From Folioceros fuciformis (taxonomy: Eukaryota): a stretch of 64,000 nucleotides of DNA. Positions 41,324 through 52,311 of this stretch are shown here, piece after piece. The translations under genes and the position numbers were made by a program. Within the stretch, counting starts at the first letter, position 1. Every line of letters starts with the position of its first letter. The notes under the pieces were generated by a model. It saw only the letters and a program-made list of their open reading frames with translations, searched no databases and was not told the DNA's origin. The stretch lies in the NCBI GenBank assembly GCA_049999805.1, contig JBNGIO010006384.1:1-64000 (forward strand), written 5' to 3'.

Positions 41324-41532
41324 GTGAGGTCAACACCCCTCTAGTTCCTTGTACATGTTTCGTGCTTAGCAGCATGTGTGGTAGCCCGGACCTTTGTGAG
41401 ATCAACATCACTCTAGTTCCTTGTACATGTTCCATGCTTAGCAGCATATGTAGTAGCTCAAACTTGTGTGAGGTAAACATCACTCTAGTTCCTTGTACAT
41501 GTTTTGTGCAGCGTGTGTCATAGCCTGGACCT
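41324..41532. repeat. 3 x 72-bp tandem array
   Basis: gtgag.tcaaca.c.ctctagttccttgtacatgtt.. at 41324, 41396 and 41468. Confidence 0.92.
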
Positions 41533-43136
41533 TTTCCCTTTCACTAGAGGTTGTGAAACCGTTGCCATGGACTATGAGCAAGTGGTTGTATTCATACTAA
41601 AGAAGCCATGCTCATACTCCAATTCTTGTTGCAGTTTCATATTACACTTTCACATTGCAACAAACTCATTAGACTTGACTTGACATAATACAAAGTCCCT
41701 TTCCTTGCACCTCACCCTCCTAGCTATTGCCCATACTTTTGCCATCTACTCCATGCTTTCTCTCTTTCACTTGCATCATCGTTGTAACATGCACGATCCC
41801 CTCCTACTCTCTCCCTCCCTTCCTAGCCATCTCCTTCTCTCTTCATCTCAACCCTTAACAACATGGTATGGTCTTTATGTCACCCTATCCTATACAATGC
41901 ACCCTCATTAGTTCATGCCCCATTTTATGGGTTGAAGCTTATCTAAGAATGAAACATGCATTTCAAAGTTTTTGGATTGTGATATCTTTCTTCCTTTAAA
42001 GACATTCCATCATCTACTTCACAAAACAACCTCAAAACTTACAAGAACAAGGGTCATTCTATAGGCTTTTATGTTGTTGGGTTCTTAGTTTAACTTCCTA
42101 CTAGCCCTAGTAAGCACAAGAATTGAAATATATATATATATTTTTCTAGTCAAAGGTGGACATGATATTAGTTTAAAGTCACTAGGTTTAGTTTGATAGT
42201 TAGTACTTTTATTTTGTTGAAAATGTGTAGAATCTTTACTTATGTGAAACTTATCAGACACTAATGACAAAATTACTATTTTTTTTTCCTTGTAATTTGA
42301 GATGGCCACACGAATGTTGCTTAGCACATCTATTACGTCTACAATTAGAACAAGTAAGTACTAAATCAAATCTTTGAAGTAAAATGTAATACAAAGAAGT
42401 ATGATATGTAAGGACGACCTTGGTATTACAATAGGTTCTCTTTATACTAATTTTACGGGAATTAAAAGAAAGATATCTAGAACAAGGAGTTTTTAACAAA
42501 TTGAAGTTTCTTATATTGCAGTAGTGCTACTTATAATGGTTATTGAAATTGCTTCTGCCAGAAAGATACATGATATGCAAGAAAAGTTTGTGATACAATT
42601 TGAATGTAAGTTTAACTTAACAAGAAATCGCCTCCATTTTTTTTTAACATGAGAATCAAATCAGTAAATGAATTTATCATGATTTATTAGAGCTAAAAAA
42701 TACTATTTTGGTGATGTATAAAAGTTTCTCTAATATTTCTAGAATGATTTGGAATAAATTTGCAAGAATGATGAAAACCACTGCTACATGATTAGTGGTT
42801 GACAAGCTTGATTATTAATTTGATTGATTTTTAATTTCTCAAATGCCATCATACGGCAATATTTGCATCATTGTAGGAGATGGTGATCTTTCAAATTTCC
42901 CACATGAAAAAACAAATGGCACTGTTTATGGAACATATTGTAGTTTAGGTGTTAGCAGCTGTATTTGGAGTTTGTTTCTAGAATATAGAAGACAGATTTC
43001 TTGTATTATTTTTTCCAAGTAAGTACGATTTTTGGGCTGGGTATGTATGTGTGGAGATGTCCAGGTTCAAGGCATTGCCCAGTCTTCAACATTTTGGGTT
43101 CACTGTGGGTTTGATCACATCTGCTGCAGGATTGTG

Positions 43137-43355
43137 ATGGTGCTAATGTGCTTCTTGTGGTTGGCTGTTCCAGCTGATGGTGATCGGGCGGAAGAGGTTC
43201 TGACTGTGGGGTTTGACAGTGGGAACGGCTGGGAAGAGACGGTGAACTACGATACTGATGGGGCGGGTGAGGATTTTCCGCAGCAAAATTTCGACTCCTC
43301 GAATCCTCAACGTCGTTTGCTGACAGACGGGGACATGTTTGAAGCAAGAGGATGA
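43137..43355 (+). CDS. Possible small secreted peptide precursor (72 aa from ATG 43137; an upstream exon is possible)
   Basis: Hydrophobic N-terminus MVLMCFLWLAVPADG, acidic pro-region, RRLL, then a 10-aa tail. Preceded by a plausible intron 43041-43129. Confidence 0.35.
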   Translation: MVLMCFLWLAVPADGDRAEEVLTVGFDSGNGWEETVNYDTDGAGEDFPQQNFDSSNPQRRLLTDGDMFEARG

Positions 43356-43866
43356 GTTCCCAGCATCTCGAGTGTGTGAAGTGATCAGCTGGCTGAAGCT
43401 GCAGCTTGGTTCTCCGAGAGGAAGAGGAAGGACTGGAGTTCGGAGTCGAGACTTGGAATGCTGCAACAGAAACAAGGAGGAAGGAAGAAGGAGGGGTTTG
43501 TCGAGATTAGGGGTTTACGCCTTCTCTGGCTGTGATAGTAGCACAGGATGCTCACGCTGGGTCCGGCAATATTCTGCGTCTTCTTGTGAGGAAGATGATG
43601 AACACCCTAGCTGGACTGATACTTGCAAGAGACCTCTCACAATATTTGTTTGATTCAGTTGGCCCCCGTGATCTGCGGGCCACAGGGTGGCAAACAGAAG
43701 GTCTGCAGGAATCCGACCCACTGTTTCTTCCCCTATGTTTATTCTACAGTTACAATCACAGCACTGTTTATAAATCTGTACATCCATGCAACTGAAGTGC
43801 TGTCGAGGGCCCCCTCCCCACACCATATAGATGGAGGTGGAGCTCCAGCTCCACAACGACATATGA

Positions 43867-45128
43867 TTACGAAGGTTTGGTCGAAGTCACAGAGCTGGTG
43901 GTCGCAGTCACTGAGCTGGTAGTCGCAGTCACTGAGCTGGTGGTCGATTCAACAGTTTGCACAAGCTCAGCGCTGGCCGTGTTGAGCTCGATGGTTGCGG
44001 CAGTAAGCTCTGCACTCTTCTGTTGCACTGTAGCAGCTTTTTCCTTTAAGCCAGCCGCCACTGCTGCCTCCTTGGCTGCCTCCGCAGCCGCGACCTCCCC
44101 AGCGTGTTCCAGCAGTTCTACTGCATCCTCCATCTTGTCGTCGATCTTCTCCGTTGCCTCGACAACCTGTAGGAAATCAGGATTCAAAACTACTGGAATC
44201 CACACGACTGCGAGACCAAGGATGTAAAGCTGTACCTCCCTGCCTGCCTACGCGTCTATGTTTGTTTCATAAATTCAAGGGTGGAAGAAACAAAGTCACC
44301 ACATACACACCTTGGTAGCGAACTTCTCCACTTGCTCCAACCCATCCTCCACCGTGTCCGCCACCCTTCTCCCAGCCTTGCTCAAGGAGATGACTATATT
44401 AGCCGCATCCTCTACTACATCCGTTGCCTTATCCACCTTTTCTGCAACAACGATGTAATCCGCCAGCAGGGTGAGGAAAATGACGAGGCTCGCAGGGCTC
44501 GACCGCAGGACACTGAAATCCTTTCCATCTACACTCACTTTCTAGCTGCTTTGCCAGAAGCAACGCCGGGCCTTTGAACAGGAACTCCCAGATGGACTTG
44601 AAGCTGCCATCACCCACCCAACCAAGACCAAGCGAGATAAGTACTTCAACGACGTCATCACCGGCATTGCGCTCCTCCATCACCTACAGGGCTTAACAAC
44701 CAAGCACTCACAAGTTCAAGATCGCTTCCACCACAAGCCTCACCACCTTGTCCTTCTCGCTCTCCACCGGCCTGCACCCAACGCACGACGATGCAACATG
44801 AATGCCCCATCCCGCATTGTTCGTACCCAGCCAAGCAAGATACACGCCCATACCGCGCAGCCAGGAACCGCACGACGTGAGCCGAGCGGGTGAAGCCCTG
44901 CGAGTTGGAAATGGCGGACAGCCCGGAGCATCCGATTCCGAGCCGCGACCAGGCCGGGTGGGCCGACTCCGGCCTCCTCCTGAGCAAGCTCCCGAAAGAC
45001 GCCTTCAGCTCCCCTTCACCATTCAATCCCCTTGCCTTCACGACCACGCCACCACAACACGCCCTCGAGGAGGATGCTCGGGAGCCGAGATTCGGCAGCG
45101 GAATCAGCAGGCCCTGGGACGACGCCAT
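43867..45128 (-). CDS. Uncharacterised, probably plastid-targeted protein with amphipathic/coiled helices (~5 exons)
   Basis: Transit-like MASSQGLLIPLP..SRASSSR. Spliced exons ..VEAILNL|VMEERNAGDD..WEFLFKGP..QLE|DYIVVAEKVDKATDVVEDAA..|VVEATEKIDDKMEDA.. C-terminal (TTSSVTA)x3. Confidence 0.65.
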
Positions 45129-45622
45129 TTTCCGATACTGTCTGCCCACAACGAGATTTCGCTAATGCTGATGTCTGGACTTGACGGGTCTGTAGCAAAA
45201 TGTTGTTCTGCGAACCGGAATGAGTATCGCGCGCTGTCTTGCTTCAGGAATCAGGTAGCGTGCAGTGTGCAGTAAGAAATGCGGAGATGTTGTGCATCAG
45301 GTAGCATGAAAAGGGGGAGGAAGCTGAAAGTTTCCTGGAAGGAAGAGGTCAAAGAGTCAACGCGCCATTGTGCACATGCTGAGTCTCAGAGGCCATGTGC
45401 GTCGTCACGGCGGCTGAGTTGAACGGGCCTGCTTCGAGACTGGATCGCCATCTAGTAAAGCGTGCGGGAGGAGGAGCTAGTTGAACGTGTGCTGATTCTG
45501 TAAGCAAAGGCATGCAATTGGGTATCGATTCGTGAAACGTGCGGTACGGGATTCCGATGAATCAGCAGGCTGGGACCGGCAAGCCCTAGGAAGGAGCGCT
45601 TTGCACCTGGCAAGTGGTGGCC

Positions 45623-48272
45623 ATGGCGCCTGCTCAGGCGGATGCTGCTCATGCGATGTCTGGTACTGCGATAGTTCCGGGCGTCCCCCGGGTTATGCTG
45701 CTCTGCTGTGGTTTGTTTCATGGCTGGACGTTTGACCTGACCTGGGATCCGGGTTTTCAGAACGAGGGAAGGTGCAGCGGCTGCTGGATGCCGCAAGGGC
45801 GGGGGACTTGGAGGGGTTTAAAGGTTGGGAATGGGGATCTTGGTTCCTGCCGTGGTGGTGGTCATGGCTGGGTGGCGAGGGGGTTTCTGATTTTGTGAGT
45901 TTGCAGGGGCTGCTCGGGTGCTTGATGGAGGGAACGGTCTTGGGGAGGCGGTTGAGGAGGTGAAGGATGGGAACGACAGGGGGTCGTTGCATTTTGCTGC
46001 CTTGGAAGGGCGGACTGATGTGTGCAAGTATATATTGGAGGAGTTGAAGTTGCCGGTGGATCCCAGGGATAAGGATGGTACATGCTCACTGCCTTGGTTT
46101 CAGGGGTGTTTTTGAATGCACTCCTAGCTGATTAGGCACGCGGACCCTTGAGTTTCGGATATGCACGTGTACAGGGGTGTCAATTGTGGTACCAAAGTCC
46201 AACTGGTGGCTGTGCGTACAGGAGACACCCCTCTCATCCATGCTGCAAGGCTGGGTCGAACTTCGACTGCCCTTTATCTTCTGAGCCGTGGTGCAGACCC
46301 CTTTGCTGCTTCGAATGAGTTGTCAGCTAACGCACTGCATCATGCTGCGGCTACAGGTTAGTGTGGGGTATTGTCATGTATCTCTGACGTGGAGAGCGAG
46401 TACGTTCGTCATGTTGATTCCGGAAGGGCTGGGCTTTGCTGCAGGGTCTCTGGAGCTGGTGACTGCCTTGCTTGACAAGGGAGTGAGTGTGGAATCCTCC
46501 AGTGATGCAGGGCCTCCGTTGATTTGGGCAGCTGGAAGCGGGAAGGCAGAGGCAGTAGAACTGCTTCTGGAGAGAGGTGCAAATGTGAGTGCATGCCACA
46601 ATCTTTGGAAAAACCAAACCCGCTTGGTAGCTTGGGCGTTGGGTACCCGTGTTTGATGGTGTTCCTTAGCAATCTCTCCGCCCTTTGAACTTGCAGCCAA
46701 ACTCTGCTTCAGAGGATGATGTCACGCCCTTATTCAGCGCCACGGCTGCCGGAGCAATGGATTGTGTCAAGATACTTTTGGGGGTAACTTCTGCTGACTT
46801 TGCAGTTGGTAGCTCAGCTGCGCTCGCTGCTGTAAAGCACCGCCTAGCACTTACTAGGCTGGAGTTTACTGAACCTAGGAGGTCGTGAATTACAGAAAGG
46901 TGCGGATGCTACTGTGAAAGCTGGAGGCGCCACACCTCTGCATGTTGCTGCCGACAGTGGAGATAATGTTATGGTTTCTTATTTGCTCAATGCCGGGGCT
47001 GATCCGAATGGGCTTGATGATGTAAAGGAATCCCACTTCTTGCCTGGTCCTTGTCGGAGTGCTTGCTTCTTGCATCTCCTTTGATGTTTGGGTGTTCTTG
47101 TAGGAAGTTGCTGAAATAATTCCTCTTGCATCTTTCTTAGGACAAGGCTAAGCCCATCCACATAGCTGCAGCTAGAGGTCATCGAGCTGTTGTAGAGCAG
47201 CTGTTGGATGTAACATCTCCGGGTACAAATGTCAGGGACTGGACTGTGGATGGGATCATATTACGGGCAGAGGCAGAAGGCGCCACCGTTGAAGCTGAGG
47301 TACTCACCGGCGCTTCCAGACTGCCTGCTAACCCACCACTTTGCTGCCAGCAAGGGCTTCTGGTGCTTCTATTCCATGACTCAATTGCAATGCTCCCAGG
47401 CAACCATGGCTTGCTGGAGCACGCGCTGAGCCCATGGATGCAAGGGAAGAGGACTCTGAGATACTCAATACTGTGGGGTTTGTTATGCGTGCCTGAGGAT
47501 TTAAGCGACGACGCTTATGCACCTCAATGGACAATCCACCTTCAACCTTTTGTGTTTTTCTGTTTCAGAGTGAGAAGAAGAAGGTTAAAGAAGGCGAACC
47601 GGTCTCACCACAGAGAGTTGCAAAGGCACTTGAAGCGAAGGCAAGAGGAACTGACGCCTTCAAGCAGAAGAATTTCTTGGCTGCCTGTGATGCTTACACT
47701 CAGGTCCGAATCCAATTCTTGAGTTCAACCGTCCTTGCAGCTTGTGTGTCCCAGTGTGCTAATCGAATCTAGCTGCTCAGGCAATTGATCTGGACCCAAG
47801 CAATGCTGAACTCTACTCAAACAGGAGTCTATGCTGGATGAGACTGGGGCAAGCTGAACACGCCCTCTCAGATGCCCGGGCTGCAAGGAAGTTAAGACCA
47901 ACGTGGTCCAAAGCTTGTTACCGGGAAGGAGCTGCCCTGAGATTGCTTCAGGTAGGCACTACGTCCGATCATGTGCATCCCTAGCTGCTGCTGCGTGGTA
48001 GGTGTTGACAGCGGCTTACATGTGTCAATACTTTGTTGAGCAGCGCTTCGATGAAGCAGCTGAAGCATTCTATCAGGCAGTTGTGCTGGATCCCGAGAAC
48101 AAAGAGCTGACTGGGGCTTTACAGTAAGCATACCCCCTCCAAGTATCCGTCCCTGTCAAATGACGGCCTTGATGTGACATGACATTCTTACGTTTCTCAT
48201 GTCGGCTTCGACAGGGAGGCAGTTGACGCAGGGAAGAAGTTCCATCAGACAGCTGCAGCTGCGCCGAGCTGA
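45623..48272 (+). CDS. Ankyrin-repeat + TPR protein (multi-exon)
   Basis: ANK motifs LHFAALEG, GDTPLIHAARLG, ALHHAAATG, PLIWAAGSG, ATPLHVAADSG. TPRs KARGTDAFKQKNF..A..YTQAI.LDP..LYSNRSLCW, WSKACYREG.AL. Confidence 0.92.
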
Positions 48273-48538
48273 GTCTAACCTCTCGAAGACCGCGTGCTGG
48301 AGCTTGGTTGTGTCGGACGTAGAAATGTCAGACATTTAGTTCTCCACAAATGCAAACTAGGTGCTAGGGATTTGAATGTGACACGACACTTCGAAGACAT
48401 TGGAATGTGAACCGGTACATCCATATTGTGCCCCCTACTACATCCATACTGTGCCCCCTACCCTTCTTGATTAGGAAGGGTTGGAAAATGTGTTCAAAGT
48501 GATCCAACCGAAGCGGGCTGCGGGGTCTGTTCGTGGCG

Positions 48539-50371
48539 ATGGCTGCGGCCTCTTCCATCGCCTCTCGTCCTCTGGCAGCTGCTGTCGTGGTGGAGGCGCG
48601 GCAGGCATTGCCCAAGCTGCGCACTTGCGCATTCATTCGGCTCCCAAAGGATTTTCGGTCGCAGCCGCAGGACCGTGTTGTGTTGGGGACGAGGGTGATG
48701 AATTGTGCGCGAGCTTCGCAGAGCGAGGGCTCTGCAGCAGTCCATGTTCACGAGGAGCAAGCTGCTGCTGCAACAACACCACGGCTGGCTCTCATCTCGC
48801 TCTCAGACAAGACAGGGTTGGAGGCGCTAGGCAAGGGCTTGACAGACCTGGGATTCTCGCTGGTGTCCACCGGCGGCACGGCAGCGTCGCTGCAGAATGC
48901 TGGATGCCCGGTGACGCAGGTGGATCAGCTCACTTCCTTTCCGGAGATGCTGGACGGACGGGTCAAGACTCTGCATCCCGCAGTGCACGGCGGGATACTG
49001 GCCAGGAGGGATGTGGATTCGCACATGGACGCGTTGCGGCAGCACGGAATCGGGAGCATTGATATTGTGGTGGTGAATCTGTACCCTTTCTATGGCACGG
49101 TCACGGCGTCTGTGAACCGCTCCTCCTTCGATGAGAGTTTGGAAAAGATCGACATCGGGGGCCCGGCAATGATCAGGGCCGCGGCGAAGAACCACAGGCA
49201 TGTGCTTGTTGTTGTGGATCCCGCCGACTACCAGGACCTCCTGGGGTATTTGCAAGGTCAGAGGACGGAGCCGGAAGAGAGGTTCAGGAGGCGACTGGCA
49301 TGGAAGGCTTTCCAGCATGTTGCATCCTACGACACAGCCGTGGCGGAGTGGCTATGGGAACATGCCAGGACGGCCGAGGACACGGCTCCTCCCAGCCTAA
49401 CACTGCCCTTGGATCTGAAGGCGGAGCTTAGGTACGGCGAGAACCCGCACCAGAAGGCTTCCTTGTACGCCGACACTTCCTTGGCATCGTTCGGGGCAGG
49501 CGGGATCGCGTCTGCAACGCAACACCATGGGAAGGAGATGTCGTACAACAACTACCTGGATGCGGATGCGGCGTGGGAGTGTGTGAGCGAGTTCACCGAT
49601 CCGACCTGCGTGGTGGTGAAGCACACCAATCCGTGCGGAGTGGCCTCCGGATCTGACCTAATTGTTGCCTATAGGGACGCAGTGAGGGCGGATCCTGTGT
49701 CGGCATTCGGGGGCATCGTGGCCTTCAACGTGGAGGTGGACGAGAAGCTGGCGTCGGAGATCAGGGAGTTTCGAAGTCCTACGGACGGCGAGACTCGGAT
49801 GTTTTACGAGATTGTGGTTGCGCCGAAGTACACCGAGGAGGGGCTCAGGGTTCTCAAGGGCAAGTCCAAGGCTCTAAGGATTCTGGAAGCGCAGAAAAGC
49901 AGCAAGGGCAGGCAGGTGTTCCGGCAGGTTTCCGGCGGCTGGCTTCGGCAGGATGCGGATGAGCTGGTGCCGGCTGACATCGACTTCACGCTCGCGGGCG
50001 AGACGTTCCCCACCGTGGACCAGGTGGAGGACTGCAAGTTTGCCTGGCTGTGCGTGAAGCACGTGAAGAGCAACGCCATTGTGTTGGCCAAGAGCAAGCG
50101 GATGCTGGGCATGGGGAGCGGGCAGCCCAACCGGGTAAAGAGTGTCGGGATCGCGGTGGAAAAGCCGGGAGAAGAAGTGAAGGGCTCGGTTCTCGCTAGC
50201 GACGCGTTCTTTCCTTTCGCCTGGAACGATGCGGTGGAGGAGGCTTGCAAGGCTGGGGTTTCGGCCATTGTGCATCCCGGAGGAAGTGTGCGGGACCAGG
50301 ATACCATCGATTGCTGCAACAAGTATGGGGTTGCTCTGCTCGTCACGGGAGTTCGCCACTTTAGGCATTAG
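48539..50371 (+). CDS. purH: Bifunctional AICAR transformylase/IMP cyclohydrolase with N-terminal transit peptide, intronless
   Basis: ALISLSDKTGL, STGGTA, FPEMLDGRVKTLHP, IDIGGPAMIRAAAKN, LRYGENPHQ, SYNNYLDAD, KHTNPCG, ASDAFFPF and TGVRHFRH in a single ORF. Confidence 0.97.
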   Translation: MAAASSIASRPLAAAVVVEARQALPKLRTCAFIRLPKDFRSQPQDRVVLGTRVMNCARASQSEGSAAVHVHEEQAAAATTPRLALISLSDKTGLEALGKGLTDLGFSLVSTGGTAASLQNAGCPVTQVDQLTSFPEMLDGRVKTLHPAVHGGILARRDVDSHMDALRQHGIGSIDIVVVNLYPFYGTVTASVNRSSFDESLEKIDIGGPAMIRAAAKNHRHVLVVVDPADYQDLLGYLQGQRTEPEERFRRRLAWKAFQHVASYDTAVAEWLWEHARTAEDTAPPSLTLPLDLKAELRYGENPHQKASLYADTSLASFGAGGIASATQHHGKEMSYNNYLDADAAWECVSEFTDPTCVVVKHTNPCGVASGSDLIVAYRDAVRADPVSAFGGIVAFNVEVDEKLASEIREFRSPTDGETRMFYEIVVAPKYTEEGLRVLKGKSKALRILEAQKSSKGRQVFRQVSGGWLRQDADELVPADIDFTLAGETFPTVDQVEDCKFAWLCVKHVKSNAIVLAKSKRMLGMGSGQPNRVKSVGIAVEKPGEEVKGSVLASDAFFPFAWNDAVEEACKAGVSAIVHPGGSVRDQDTIDCCNKYGVALLVTGVRHFRH

Positions 50372-50605
50372 ACTAGTTTGGAAGAATATCGGCCGGCACC
50401 GTGTGCCGATCGCAATTTTTGATATTAGTTTGGATCTGCGATTCCGCGCAGATCGGGACGCAGACGCGGGAAAACAAGATAACTTTATTGCATGTCCCAT
50501 GCGGTGAGTGTCCTTGAGAACGAAATTTGCACAACAGCCGTGTTCAACTTTCCAAGTGGCCGGTGCATGTTGACAAGACGACGGCTACTCAGTCTCAGCT
50601 CGGTA

Positions 50606-52311
50606 ATGGCGGCCACAGATTTTCTGCTTGCCTTCGTGGTGTGCTGGGTCGTCTGTCTCCTCCTGTTCCTGTTCTTTCCTGGAATGCACTTCCGGGTGGG
50701 GCTTGATCCTATTGGTGAGGTTGCTCATCTCTGTTTCATCGCTTCCATTTGCACTTGCCAAGACGTGGGCCAAGGTTGCTCATGCGTCTTCTGCAGAGCT
50801 AGGAGGGACGTCAACGGTGCTGCTGGTGGTTGCCCATCCAGATGACGAATCCATGTGAGCGTCCCGTGACGGTCCTTGGTCCTGATTACATGTCCCATGA
50901 AGAAGCGCTCACCTGTAGGGTCTCCATGTGTAGGTTTTTTGGACCCTTGTTGTTGTGTCTGGCTGCGCGCGAGATGTACAACATTCGAGTTCTTTGCCTC
51001 TCAAACGGTGCTCTCTCCTCCCGCTCTCTCCTCCCAATTCTTCGATTTTCATGCTCCGTGCTTGAGGTGACCTAGTGTTTGAATTCCAACCTTAACGATG
51101 TATGATTGAGGGAGAGTTGAAAATCGTTATCTGCGAAGGAAACGCCGATGGATTGGGGAAAATTCGGGAAGCGGAAATGATCCGAGCGTGCTCTATGCTC
51201 AAGGTGTACTCTTGGCTTATTCATCTTGACCATGGCTGGAGGTTGCGAAATGTATCTCAATGCTCCGAGACTGACGAAGGCCGCCGGCTTGTTGCAGGTT
51301 CCAGCAGGAAATGTGCATATCCTGAACCATCACAATTTGCAAGTGAGTAGCTGCTCTGTGCACCTTCCAAGTCTGTTTCTCTGCCCGTCTATCTCCCGTT
51401 TTGTCTTAAACATAGTGAATCTCAGGAAGGGGCATGTCGCTGTATGGTGTGCAGGATGGATTTCATCAGGCCTGGATGGTTGAGGATGTCGTGAAAGTTG
51501 TCCGGGAACAAGTGACTGTTCACAGAATCAACTGTGTAAGGAAGCTGTTCCCCGTATATCAATGTCACTCATCTTCACAAACACTTGGACCGGATGTTTT
51601 GAGCTGTGGGCAGTAATGGGATTTGCAGATACTTACATTTGACAAGCACGGGGTCTCTGGACATCCCAATCACGTAGCAGTCTATCACGGTGTTCGGTGT
51701 GCACTGATGTCCTCATGTTTCGGACTGGCTTTTGTGCCACTTGCTTTGACGACATGGAACTCCTGCCTAACACATGCGCGTACTTTCTGCAGAACGTTTC
51801 TTGCGCAAGCTCGGATGAGGGCCCGGAGAAACCCTGCTTCTCAGCACCGTGCTGTTCAAGGCTGGGAACTTGTACGCCACTGCCATCACCTGCTTTACCT
51901 GGTTCACGGTTGCCTGCAAGTGGCTTGACCTGACCTCAAACCGAAACGGTTGGCTGCAGGTTAGTAGAAACATTCTACGCAAATACAGTGGACCTCTGGA
52001 CCTCGCGCTGGCCCTCTTTGAGCGATTCTGGTACCCTGAACGAAGCTTTCAGGTATACATCAGCCCAAACGTGTGGACCAGTATTGAAGCCATGAGAGAA
52101 CATCAGAGCCAGTGGATTTGGTATGTAACATACATGTCCCAGCCAAGTCGTACAAGTCGTAGCAGGGTTTTCCCTTGTGCTTCAAGGCATCCTCCATAAG
52201 CAACAGTGTTCACGCACACCCATCACCCTGCTTGCCAGGTATCGACGCCTATTTGTGGTATTTGCATCATTCACCTACATCAACACGGTACGGAAAATGC
52301 GACTCCAGTAG
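50606..52311 (+). CDS. PIGL: N-acetylglucosaminyl-phosphatidylinositol de-N-acetylase (multi-exon)
   Basis: N-terminal TM, then VLLVVAHPDDESM|FF, LCLSNG|NADGLG.IR..E, LQ|DGF...W, ILTFDKHGVSGHPNH, RKYSGPLD, AMREHQSQWIW|YRRLFV.F.SFTYINT. Confidence 0.93.

Noticed and set aside
48827-50500. Long antisense ORFs over purH (and likewise over MinD, ACINUS and PIP)
   Set aside because: Shadow ORFs expected from GC-rich codon usage on the coding strand.
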